64,000 bases of DNA from contig JBJMOW010000005.1 in NCBI GenBank assembly GCA_045803545.1, positions 1,120,001 to 1,184,000 on the forward strand, written 5' to 3'. Under the pieces are notes generated by a model, which was not told the DNA's origin, searched no databases, and worked only from the letters and a program-made list of their open reading frames with translations. Positions 28,901 to 39,073 of the stretch are shown piece after piece; position 1 is the stretch's first letter, and every line of letters starts with the position of its first letter. The position numbers and the translations under genes were made by a program. The stretch is from Gemmatimonadaceae bacterium. Lineage in GTDB: Bacteria; Gemmatimonadota; Gemmatimonadetes; Gemmatimonadales; Gemmatimonadaceae.

Positions 28901-29627
28901 CCTTTGCCAGCGCCTCGCGATAGAGCGTCCCGTAAGCAGACGGTTCGATGCGATCGGTCCCGTCGTAGCGGACGAACTTGCCACGATTCATGACCGCAGC
29001 GTATGTCGCCAGCGACAATCCCTCCGCCAGATTATGGGTGACGATGATGATGGACGTCCCCGCGGCCCGCAGCTCCCGCAACAGCGATGTAAGCGCGCGC
29101 GCGCCGCCGTCATCGAGGCCACTGTACGGCTCGTCGGCGAGGACGATTTGCGGCGAATGAACCATGGCTCGCGCTATCGACACCCGCTGCTGCATCCCTC
29201 GACTCAGGAAACGCACCGGAGTATCGGCTCGCTCGATCATCGACATGCGCCTCAGCGCATCGTCGACGCGGGCGCGCGGATCACGGATGCCATAAAGGCG
29301 CGCCGCAAAAGACACGTTTTCGCGTGGCGACAGAGAATCGTACAGCATGGTGTGGTGCGAGATGAGGCCAATACGCGAGCGTGCGAGCGGCCCACCGGGG
29401 AGTGGAATCCCTGAGATCCGCGCGGTGCCCGAAGTCGGCTTGAGGAGACCTGCGAGCACTCGCAAAAGTGTAGTTTTCCCTGCTCCGTTCGGGCCAAACA
29501 GCGCCAGGCACTCTCCTGCGGCGAGCGAGAACGAGACCCCGGCGACAGCCGATCGCGAAGCGAAGGCGCGCGTGAGCGCGGCCACCTCGACGACCGGTGG
29601 TTCGGATTGAGAGATTGTGGAGGACAT
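28893..29627 (-). CDS. ccmA: Heme ABC exporter ATP-binding protein
   Basis: GPNGAGKTT, LSRGMQQR, DEPYSGLD; upstream of ccmBC. Confidence 0.88.
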   Translation of the reverse strand: MSSTISQSEPPVVEVAALTRAFASRSAVAGVSFSLAAGECLALFGPNGAGKTTLLRVLAGLLKPTSGTARISGIPLPGGPLARSRIGLISHHTMLYDSLSPRENVSFAARLYGIRDPRARVDDALRRMSMIERADTPVRFLSRGMQQRVSIARAMVHSPQIVLADEPYSGLDDGGARALTSLLRELRAAGTSIIIVTHNLAEGLSLATYAAVMNRGKFVRYDGTDRIEPSAYGTLYREALAKGG

Positions 29628-29699
29628 TCGTCTAGAACTTGCCACGCTGGAAAGAGCGGCGCAAAATCCAGCCTCGACCGTTTACGCGTGCCATAGCCA

Positions 29700-31709
<2,010 letters not shown>

Positions 31710-31832
31710 TTTCTATCACCCAATCGCGCGAAGTAGTCTCGACGCAATCCTCTTGCTCAACAAAAGGTTAAGCTGATAAACCGAACAAAGGCCGACGCAT
31801 TTTGGCACCGGCACGAAGTGCAAAAATATTTC

Positions 31833-31860
31833 TTGACTCCTCAGGGCAAACCCGTAGGTT
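31833..31860 (+). promoter_or_regulatory. Putative sigma70 promoter of the fibre operon
   Basis: TTGACT-N16-TAGGTT in a 376-bp AT-richer intergenic region. Confidence 0.35.
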
Positions 31861-32085
31861 AGCTCCGCGCGGCAACCCCCGAAAACCCGCCGAAAACAGA
31901 ACCGCTTTCGCGGAGTGACTTCGCGAAAAAGTCAACGGACTTCTCTCCGAATACTGGGTGAAAACCCCGTTGCAGGCAGGGTCCGTTTTCGTCTTATAGG
32001 TGCAGACATAACAAGCTTGAAAAGGTCCGGTTTCAGCACCCCCTTGCTCGCGCCGGCACCATCAAATTCTCGGAGAAAAAACACA

Positions 32086-32622
32086 ATGAAGGCGACCCGT
32101 TACCTGGCCGCGATGGTGCTTGTCACTGCCATCGGCGCAACCCAGGCCAGTGCGCAGTGCAGCGGCAACGCTGGTAGCTGCAATACCACCAACACCGCGT
32201 CGGTCACAGTCGGCGCACTCGTCAAGCTCGGCATGAGCTCGGCGACCACCACGCTGACGAATCCGACCGCGGATGATGTCGACAACGGCGCGACGATAGC
32301 TGACCTTGGCCCGACCTTCACCGTCAAGGCGAACAGAAGTTGGACCCTCAAGATCAAGTCACAGAACGCAACGAACTGGACGTACGTCGGCAGTAATGCC
32401 GGTGTGAAGCCGATCGGCGACCTCGCGTGGTCGACGGCTGCTAATGGCACTTTCGCCGCGATCAGCGGCAGCGATGCGACCGTTACTACTGGAGCGGGCG
32501 CGAGCAACGGTGCACCAGCCGCGGTTTTCTTCCGTACGAGCTGGTTGAATGACTTCACGAGCGCAAGCAATGCTCCTGGTACCTACAGCTTGCCGATCGT
32601 TTTCACCCTTACTGCTCCGTAA
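32086..32622 (+). CDS. Secreted putative fimbrial major subunit (paralogue 1)
   Basis: GGAG RBS; Sec signal ending ASA|Q; Ala/Thr/Gly-rich beta protein ending PGTYSLPIVFTLTAP. Confidence 0.7.
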   Translation: MKATRYLAAMVLVTAIGATQASAQCSGNAGSCNTTNTASVTVGALVKLGMSSATTTLTNPTADDVDNGATIADLGPTFTVKANRSWTLKIKSQNATNWTYVGSNAGVKPIGDLAWSTAANGTFAAISGSDATVTTGAGASNGAPAAVFFRTSWLNDFTSASNAPGTYSLPIVFTLTAP

Positions 32623-32626
32623 TCCG

Positions 32627-33505
32627 ATGCAGAATTCTGGCTCTCGCTCGCCCGCAAGGGCGGGCGTAGAGCGCAGAGGGCGAGTACGGCGTACCGTGCT
32701 CGCCCTCTGCGCTGTAGGGGCGGTGGTTTCGCGGCCCGTCGCGGCACAACTGCTCGTCGATCCGCTCGAGGTGTCGATCCTCGCGGCGGGAACCGATCGC
32801 GTTGCCGCGAGCTTCTCGCTCACGAATACGTCCGACGCGGCCGTCCAGGCGACGATTTCGCGCTCCGACTGGGACCGCCTGGAGAATGGCGACAACCGCT
32901 TTCTCGCCGCCGGCTCGACTGGCAACTCGTGCGGACAGATGCTGAGCGTCTCGCCGCTCTCAGTGCGCATCGAGCCGCACGCATCCCGGGTCGTGAGACT
33001 CGGCGTGCAGACAAACGCAGCGCTCAGCCGCGAATGCTGGAACATCGTGTTCGTCGAGGAAGTCCCTCAGCGCCCGGCAGGCAAAGGCAATTCGCTCCAG
33101 TACATCTTCCGCACCGGCGTGAAAGTCTACGTCGCGCCACCGGGACTTCCGCGCGATGGCGGCATCGAGAACATGGAAATCGTCGATGCGGTCACGAAGC
33201 CTGCCAACGCAGCTCGCCCGGCGAGCACTGCATCCATCGCGGCGAAGAAACAGGTTGCCATCCGATTCCACAATACCGGCGGCGCCCACCTGGTCGCGAA
33301 AGGCCACCTCGAGTTCCGCCGCCTCGATAACTCCTTGGCGCGAGAAGTTCCGGTCGAAGAGTTCCCGACTCTTCCGGGCGCCACGCGACGTATTCTCGTC
33401 GATATTCCGGCCGATCTCGCAGCCGGCGATTACGTGGTGTTGGCTCTCATCGATTTTGGGGGCGCGGAGCTTGTCGCCGGCCAGATCGATTACCAGGCGA
33501 AATAG
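32627..33505 (+). CDS. PapD-like periplasmic pilus chaperone
   Basis: Signal peptide; LLVDPLEV, FSLTN, VSPLSVRIEPHASRVVRL, IVFVEEVP, GVKVYVAP, FHNTG, LPGATR; two Ig-like domains. Confidence 0.75.
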   Translation: MQNSGSRSPARAGVERRGRVRRTVLALCAVGAVVSRPVAAQLLVDPLEVSILAAGTDRVAASFSLTNTSDAAVQATISRSDWDRLENGDNRFLAAGSTGNSCGQMLSVSPLSVRIEPHASRVVRLGVQTNAALSRECWNIVFVEEVPQRPAGKGNSLQYIFRTGVKVYVAPPGLPRDGGIENMEIVDAVTKPANAARPASTASIAAKKQVAIRFHNTGGAHLVAKGHLEFRRLDNSLAREVPVEEFPTLPGATRRILVDIPADLAAGDYVVLALIDFGGAELVAGQIDYQAK

Positions 33506-33511
33506 CAGCCA

Positions 33512-34006
33512 ATGCGCATCGCGCGGACGCTTCGTGGCGTCAGCACCAGCGTCGCAATGGCGCTGGTGGTCATCGCCGCGCCTGCGCGAGCGCAAAATCC
33601 TAAAACCGATCTGACGCTCGGTGGCGGCACCGTCACGTTCCCGGCGCCGACAGCAACTGATTACATCAACGGCTACGTCTACTCGGCGAGCGGTGTCAGC
33701 TATACGATTGACGCGACAAACGGAGCCGCGTCGCACACAGCCACGATTTCGTTCCGCGCGACGTCGGCAAACCTGGGCGGCGCCAAGCCACTAACGGATC
33801 TGGAGTGGCGGCGCTCTGACCTCGCGACGTGGAATCCGATAGCGAGCACCAATACCCAGGTGGAGCAGAAGATCATGGTTCGCGGCCTGCTCAACGACCC
33901 GTGGAGCAACACGATCTTTTTCCGCATGAAGTTGAGCTGGACCGCTGACCCACCGGCAACGTACGCCGCAAACTATCAGGTCACGCTATCACAAACAGTA
34001 CCGTGA
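33512..34006 (+). CDS. Secreted putative fimbrial subunit (paralogue 2)
   Basis: Signal ARA|Q; PTATD..G, KPLTDLEW, PATY...VTL motifs shared with paralogues 1 and 3. Confidence 0.65.
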   Translation: MRIARTLRGVSTSVAMALVVIAAPARAQNPKTDLTLGGGTVTFPAPTATDYINGYVYSASGVSYTIDATNGAASHTATISFRATSANLGGAKPLTDLEWRRSDLATWNPIASTNTQVEQKIMVRGLLNDPWSNTIFFRMKLSWTADPPATYAANYQVTLSQTVP

Positions 34007-36786
34007 CGCGCGCGATGCAGCGTCGCGCTGCGCTGGTTGTGGCGGTATTGCTTCTGAGCGTATCAGGGGAGATATCCGCGCAAAGCGTTGTCGGTGCAGG
34101 TATGCCGAGTGGAAACGCGGCTGTCTCGCCGGTGAGCCGGACTGAATCTGGAAGCGCTGATATCGAGATCGCGCTGGCATCCGTCATTGTGACCGGCGCA
34201 CCGCGCAGCTACCAGGTCGTATCCGTGCCAGTCCCTGAGGCCATGGCTCAGTTGTCCGACGTACAGCTGGTGATCATCCCGCGCGGCGAATTCGTCGTAC
34301 TTGGGCCACGCAGCCGCGATCTCAATCCGCGCGGGGAACGAAAGGCGAAAATGGCAGTCACGATCGGCATTCCAGCGAGTGCACTCGCCGGACGTGTCGT
34401 CGCCGCCGAAGCGCGGTTCTCTGCCCTTGGCTCACCAACGCTCGTCGTGCCAATCGAAGTCGACGTCAGTCTCGTGCGGAAGGTTCTCCTGCGTGGAGGC
34501 AAAGCGTCGCTGAATGCGCAAGCCGGAAGCGATGTAATTCTCCCTCTGGAGATCGTCAATGCCGGCAATGCAGTCGAGACGATCCGTCCCCAGCTCGATC
34601 TGCCGACAGGCTGGGCGCTGCGAGAAGTTCACCAGGCCTCGCTCGTTCTCTCGCCGGGCGAAACCAACAAGCGTCGGATTCGACTTAAGGTCCCGTCCTT
34701 GTCGAGCACCGGCTCCTCCTTCGTTTACGTGATTCTGCTCGGTGGTCGCGACACCCTCGCCGCTGAGACGATGACCGTGGAGGTGTTCAATTCGAGCACC
34801 ATCGGCCGAGAGTCAGGCCCGCTGATCACCTCCGCGGTGTCGCAGGCAATTGACGAAAACGGTCGACCAAACCGGCTGCTCAGTCTGAGCGCAACGGGTG
34901 CGTTGTTCGATTCTGTGCACGTCGACGCCCGCATGTCACAGGGATCAGCGCTTGGCGGCGCGGCGAGTAATGCGTTCGCGCACCTCGGCACTTACCAATC
35001 ATCCGCCTCGGTCAACTTCACGGCGCCATCCGCCCAGCTCAGTCTTGGCAATACCGGCACCTCCTTCTCGGATGTGACTGGTCTGTACCCCTACGGCCAG
35101 GGTTTACTGCTTCATCTCCAGCATCCGTCGTGGAGTGTGCTCGGCTTCGGCGCCGCCTCGATGAGCCAGCCTGCTTTTCCACACCGCAAGCCAATGGTTG
35201 GACTGCGCGCCGAGCGACAGGTCGGAGTCGCGCAGCTAAATGCGTCGGTGACCCATCTCGAGGATGCAGGCCCGTCACCTAGAAAACTCGACGCCGCAGG
35301 GATTGGCGCCGCTGTTCCCGTCGTTCTCGGCAGCACCCTCAAGGCGGAAGTAGCCGAACGCCGGTTCGATGGCGGCGATGGGATTGGCTGGTCCAGCGAG
35401 TTGGAGCGAATCGCGGGTGAAGGAAACGAGCAGCTGCGAGTGACGCACGCACCGGGCGGCAGCGACGCGTTTGCACGCGCGACGAATGAAGTGGTTGCCA
35501 ACCTCTCCGAGCGAGTGTCGTCACGTGGTTTGCTGAGCGCAAGCGCGTGGCGCACGACTGACGCGACCTCGGTCTTCAGCGGACTCAAGTCGAACGGTCT
35601 TTCTTTACGGCCTCAGTTTACGGTGATTGGTGGAACCACCGTGGCGCTCGAGGCACGAAGCTACGAATTCAACGCAGACTCGCGCTCCATCGCAGCGGGA
35701 CAGGGTGGCGCTTTCGGCAGCAAAGAGCAGCAGCTCGGAATTGGCGTGAGCAGCTACCTGAGCCAGTACTACATCAACACGTCTGCTTATCTCGGCAACG
35801 TCACTCGCACAGTCACGCCGCTCGGACTGGCCATGGTTACCGATCGCACCCCGCGGAATTACTGGACGACCAATGCTGGTTGGTCCGGCGCTGGCGGCGT
35901 TCTCGAGCTGCAGCTGCGAATGGAGCAGACGCGCGATCGCGGCGGTTTCGTCAATCAGCAGAGTCTGTTTGGAATACGCGGCGAGCAAGTCGTGATGCCC
36001 TGGTTGGGCGGAGTCCGCGGGGAAGGCGAGCTGCAGCGCGTCAACGGATTCGGTGACGAGAAGTCTTCGATCATTCGCGCCGGTCTGGCGGTTCCGATCG
36101 TGAGTGGATTCGCCATCAAGATCGACGCTGAACGGAATTCAATTTTCCACTCGACGAGCGGCAAGGTGCCGTGGGTCCTTGGCGTTCGCTTCGAGCACGC
36201 GCTGGTGGTGCCAATGCTGCGCACGCCGGGCACCACCGGGCATGTCTATCAGGATCTCAACGGCAATCAGCGCCGTGACGACGGCGAGCCAGGCGTCGCT
36301 GGAGCGGTTGTGCGGCGTGGCGGCGAGTCAGCCACTGCCGATGCTAACGGCAAATACCATTTGGGCGGCGACACCAGGCAGCCCATCACAATCGACGAAG
36401 CTTCGTTGCCGGATGGCTGGTCGCCGATCGGCGCACCGCGAGGTGACCTCGGAGTGACATTGTCGACTTCCGCGGAAGTTGAGCTGGTGGTCGCACCACG
36501 CTCCGGAATCGCGGTAGTACAAATAGATCTGAGCAAGGCACGCGTGATCGCGCGCGACAGCGCTGGACGTGAGTGGGTGGCCGTGATGACAGGACCGACG
36601 ACTGCCACGTTCCAATCTCTCCCGGTCGGCACGTACCAATTGGACTTTGATTTGTCCGATGTCAGTGAGCCACTGGTTGCGCGCGCCCCGATCCCACCGT
36701 TGCTCATCGCCGGCAAGGAATCCAAGTCGATCACGATCACGCTCGACCCACGCCCGATCCGGATGTGGAACGGAAAGTCCCGATGA
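34003..36786 (+). CDS. Large usher-like outer-membrane protein (N-terminal Ig-like domains, beta-rich core, C-terminal SdrD-B/Cna-B-like domains)
   Basis: Signal peptide; IVNAGN..LPTGW Ig motif; long amphipathic beta-strand region; GHVYQDLNGNQRRDDGEPGVAG; LPVGTYQL. Confidence 0.6.
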   Translation: MTRAMQRRAALVVAVLLLSVSGEISAQSVVGAGMPSGNAAVSPVSRTESGSADIEIALASVIVTGAPRSYQVVSVPVPEAMAQLSDVQLVIIPRGEFVVLGPRSRDLNPRGERKAKMAVTIGIPASALAGRVVAAEARFSALGSPTLVVPIEVDVSLVRKVLLRGGKASLNAQAGSDVILPLEIVNAGNAVETIRPQLDLPTGWALREVHQASLVLSPGETNKRRIRLKVPSLSSTGSSFVYVILLGGRDTLAAETMTVEVFNSSTIGRESGPLITSAVSQAIDENGRPNRLLSLSATGALFDSVHVDARMSQGSALGGAASNAFAHLGTYQSSASVNFTAPSAQLSLGNTGTSFSDVTGLYPYGQGLLLHLQHPSWSVLGFGAASMSQPAFPHRKPMVGLRAERQVGVAQLNASVTHLEDAGPSPRKLDAAGIGAAVPVVLGSTLKAEVAERRFDGGDGIGWSSELERIAGEGNEQLRVTHAPGGSDAFARATNEVVANLSERVSSRGLLSASAWRTTDATSVFSGLKSNGLSLRPQFTVIGGTTVALEARSYEFNADSRSIAAGQGGAFGSKEQQLGIGVSSYLSQYYINTSAYLGNVTRTVTPLGLAMVTDRTPRNYWTTNAGWSGAGGVLELQLRMEQTRDRGGFVNQQSLFGIRGEQVVMPWLGGVRGEGELQRVNGFGDEKSSIIRAGLAVPIVSGFAIKIDAERNSIFHSTSGKVPWVLGVRFEHALVVPMLRTPGTTGHVYQDLNGNQRRDDGEPGVAGAVVRRGGESATADANGKYHLGGDTRQPITIDEASLPDGWSPIGAPRGDLGVTLSTSAEVELVVAPRSGIAVVQIDLSKARVIARDSAGREWVAVMTGPTTATFQSLPVGTYQLDFDLSDVSEPLVARAPIPPLLIAGKESKSITITLDPRPIRMWNGKSR

Positions 36787-37205
36787 CGCGTCTCTTCCTG
36801 ATGGTGCTACTGCTTTCGGCATCGGCGTGTCTCAAATCCACCGAGCCGCAGCCGTCGTTGCTGCAGTTGAACGGGACTTGGAACTACACCGGCGTCCAAA
36901 CGTCTCCCACTCGCGAGAATCTGTCGGGGACCCTGACAGTGTCGCGTGAGTCAGGAACGAGCTTTCAGGGAAGGCTCGATCTGGTGGCCACGAACACACA
37001 GAGCGGCCAAAGCACGGTAATGGGAGGATTGGTAAGCGGCGCGGAGAGTGACGGCAGCGTGATCGACTTCGATGCAGATCTCGAATCGACACCGAGGCGA
37101 CACGTCGGCCAGTTAGTGGCCGATACTATTTCCGGTACCTGGGTCGGCACGTCATCGGGTGGGCCGATGGCGACGGGCACATTTAGAGTCGAGCGTCAGC
37201 GATGA
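36783..37205 (+). CDS. Hypothetical lipoprotein
   Basis: Lipobox ASAC; LNGTW...ISGTW small beta-barrel pattern; ATGA overlaps on both sides. Confidence 0.7.
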   Translation: MTRLFLMVLLLSASACLKSTEPQPSLLQLNGTWNYTGVQTSPTRENLSGTLTVSRESGTSFQGRLDLVATNTQSGQSTVMGGLVSGAESDGSVIDFDADLESTPRRHVGQLVADTISGTWVGTSSGGPMATGTFRVERQR

Positions 37206-37738
37206 GAAGATTGCGGACTATCGTAATTACGATTGCGCTCGTCGGTGTTGCGGCGGGTTCCGCGGACGCTCAATGCACTGCGTCGGGCGCGCCGGCGAAT
37301 TGCAGCCAAGCTGGAAGCGTGACCATGACAGCCGGTCGCGTCGTACGCCTGCAGATGAGCGCCGGATCGACCTCGCTCACCGCCCCGACGACGGCCGACT
37401 TCGATGCCGGGTTCAACTCGTCCACCGGTCCGACGTTGACTGTTAGCGCCAATGCGGCCTGGACGCTCAACATTCGCGCGGCGTCGGCAGACTGGACCGG
37501 CACCAATACCACGACCGGTGTGGCTGCGCGCATCAACAAGCCGGCGGGCGATCTAAAGTGGAGCATTTCGAGCGGCGGGATTTTCAGCGCTTTGAGCGCA
37601 ACAGACGCCAGCTTGGTGAATGGGAGCGCCACGGCGAACAGCGCGACCACGCTCTACTTCCAGACCGCCTACGACTGGGCTTTGGACACGCCAGGCAACT
37701 ACAGCCTGTCCATCGTTCTGACACTGACCTCCCCTTGA
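37202..37738 (+). CDS. Secreted putative fimbrial subunit (paralogue 3)
   Basis: Signal ADA|Q; GPTLTVSANAAWTL, KPAGDLKWS, PGNYSLSIVLTLTSP, closely paralleling paralogue 1. Confidence 0.7.
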   Translation: MRRLRTIVITIALVGVAAGSADAQCTASGAPANCSQAGSVTMTAGRVVRLQMSAGSTSLTAPTTADFDAGFNSSTGPTLTVSANAAWTLNIRAASADWTGTNTTTGVAARINKPAGDLKWSISSGGIFSALSATDASLVNGSATANSATTLYFQTAYDWALDTPGNYSLSIVLTLTSP

Positions 37739-37893
37739 CTGCTACGTACTTACCCCTAGTTCCTGTCAGTTAGAGCAGGTTTGTCGGTTGCAGTTTGCAA
37801 AGATCAGCGCAAAAGGCGAGTTGGGGTGCCTTGTTAGTCCACTGGAATCAGGGTTTACGCCGGCCATTAACGAGTTAACCCGGCCGTTGCCCG

Positions 37894-37908
37894 TGGAACT
37901 GGCCCTGC
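37894..37908 (+). promoter_or_regulatory. Putative sigma54 (-24/-12) promoter of the type IV pilin
   Basis: TGGAACTGGCCCTGC: GG-N10-GC spacing, about 64 bp upstream of the ATG. Confidence 0.45.
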
Positions 37909-37971
37909 GTCTTTTGCTTGCACGCGGCTTACAAGACCGCTGGCAACCTAAAACCGCTCCAGGAGATCTAA

Positions 37972-38340
37972 ATGTCGTTCAACAAGAAAGGTTTCACGCT
38001 GATCGAGCTCCTGATCGTGGTCGTCATTATCGGTATTCTTGCCGCGATCGCGATTCCGAAGTTCGCCAACACGAAGGACAAGGCTTACGTCGCTGCGATG
38101 AAGTCGGACCTTCGTAACGTTGCTACGTATGAAGAGCAGTATGCCGCTGACAACCAGGGTGCGTACTTCTCGGGAACCGCGACGTCTGCGGCTCCGCTGC
38201 AGGGCTTCACGCCTTCGCAGAACGTCACGATCGTCGTGACCGCAGTTGCCGGCCCGCCTCCGTCATGGAGCGCGACCGCGACGCACTCGCAGTCAGCTAA
38301 GACCTGCGATATGACCAACGGTGTTATTACCTGCACCTGA
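37972..38340 (+). CDS. Type IV pilin (prepilin with class III signal)
   Basis: KKG|FTLIELLIVVVIIGILAAIAIP; C-terminal Cys pair; AGGAG RBS. Confidence 0.95.
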   Translation: MSFNKKGFTLIELLIVVVIIGILAAIAIPKFANTKDKAYVAAMKSDLRNVATYEEQYAADNQGAYFSGTATSAAPLQGFTPSQNVTIVVTAVAGPPPSWSATATHSQSAKTCDMTNGVITCT

Positions 38341-38360
38341 TCAACGGGTCTAGCGTAAGT

Positions 38361-38397
38361 GAAAAAGCCCGGGACTCTGTCCCGGGCTTTTTCGTTT
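38361..38397 (+). terminator. Rho-independent terminator (potentially bidirectional)
   Basis: GAAAAAGCCCGGGAC-TCT-GTCCCGGGCTTTTTC. Confidence 0.9.
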
Positions 38398-38475
38398 GCG
38401 GACTACCGGCGCAGATGAAATCAAGAACTGGCCGCTGGTACGCTCCCTGCCTAACATCCAATAGAATCTTCCCGG

Positions 38476-38862
38476 ATGGTGAGAATGGGCCTGCGCAATC
38501 TGTTCCCCGAATCGATCTTCGGCCGCAAACTGAATCCAAACGCCGAGCGTCGGCTGCGTCTGTCACAGGCACGCGCTGAAGAGACGATCATACGTGGTCA
38601 CGTCGACAACGCTCTCATGTTCGTCGACACCCTCGCCGAGGACCTCTCCTTCGATCGCGCGATCGACACCTACATTCGGGTGATGGGCATCCCCGAGCCG
38701 CTCGCGAGCACGGTCGCCACTCGCGCGTTGGTGCATCTCGGTCGCGATCTCGTTCCTTTCCGTCGCCGCATGCAGCGCGAGGGTGAGGACGCTGCTGCCG
38801 AGAACAAGCCTCGCTTGCGCCTTGACGAAGCGGCCCGGGCGGGGGATATCAAGCGAGCGTAG
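38476..38862 (+). CDS. Hypothetical protein
   Basis: 128-aa ORF with coding-like composition; no motif recognised. Confidence 0.7.
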   Translation: MVRMGLRNLFPESIFGRKLNPNAERRLRLSQARAEETIIRGHVDNALMFVDTLAEDLSFDRAIDTYIRVMGIPEPLASTVATRALVHLGRDLVPFRRRMQREGEDAAAENKPRLRLDEAARAGDIKRA

Positions 38863-38863
38863 C

Positions 38864-39070
38864 GACTGCGGACTGAGGACTTTAGAAGCGAGCTACCGCG
38901 CTATTAGCTGATCGCAGCTCGCTGATGGCTAATCGCTGCCTGCGACGGGACAGACCTCCGTCGCATTCTTTCTCCAAAACTCGCTTTCCTCAGCATGGTC
39001 GCGATCTGTCTCGCTGTTGGAGCGATCAGCTACTAGCTAGCTGCTATCAGCTACCAGCGCGGTAGTTCGC
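38864..39070. repeat. Intergenic fold-back (long imperfect hairpin) element, copy 1
   Basis: Arms GCGAGCTACCGCGCT...GGGACAGA / TCTGTCTC...AGCGCGGTAGTTCGC; homologous to 58985-59189. Confidence 0.8.
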
Positions 39071-39073
39071 CGT

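Noticed and set aside
31802..31822. Sigma54 promoter TGGCAC upstream of the fibre operon
   Set aside because: The required GG-N10-GC spacing is not met for either GGCAC.
31841..31900. c-di-GMP-I riboswitch (CAGGGCAAACC start) upstream of the fibre operon
   Set aside because: The following GAAA-tetraloop/GGGACGCAAAG and P2 elements are not present in order; an Infernal scan would settle it.
37788..38117. 109-aa ORF overlapping the pilin start
   Set aside because: It overlaps the clear type IV pilin in another frame and spans its promoter region.
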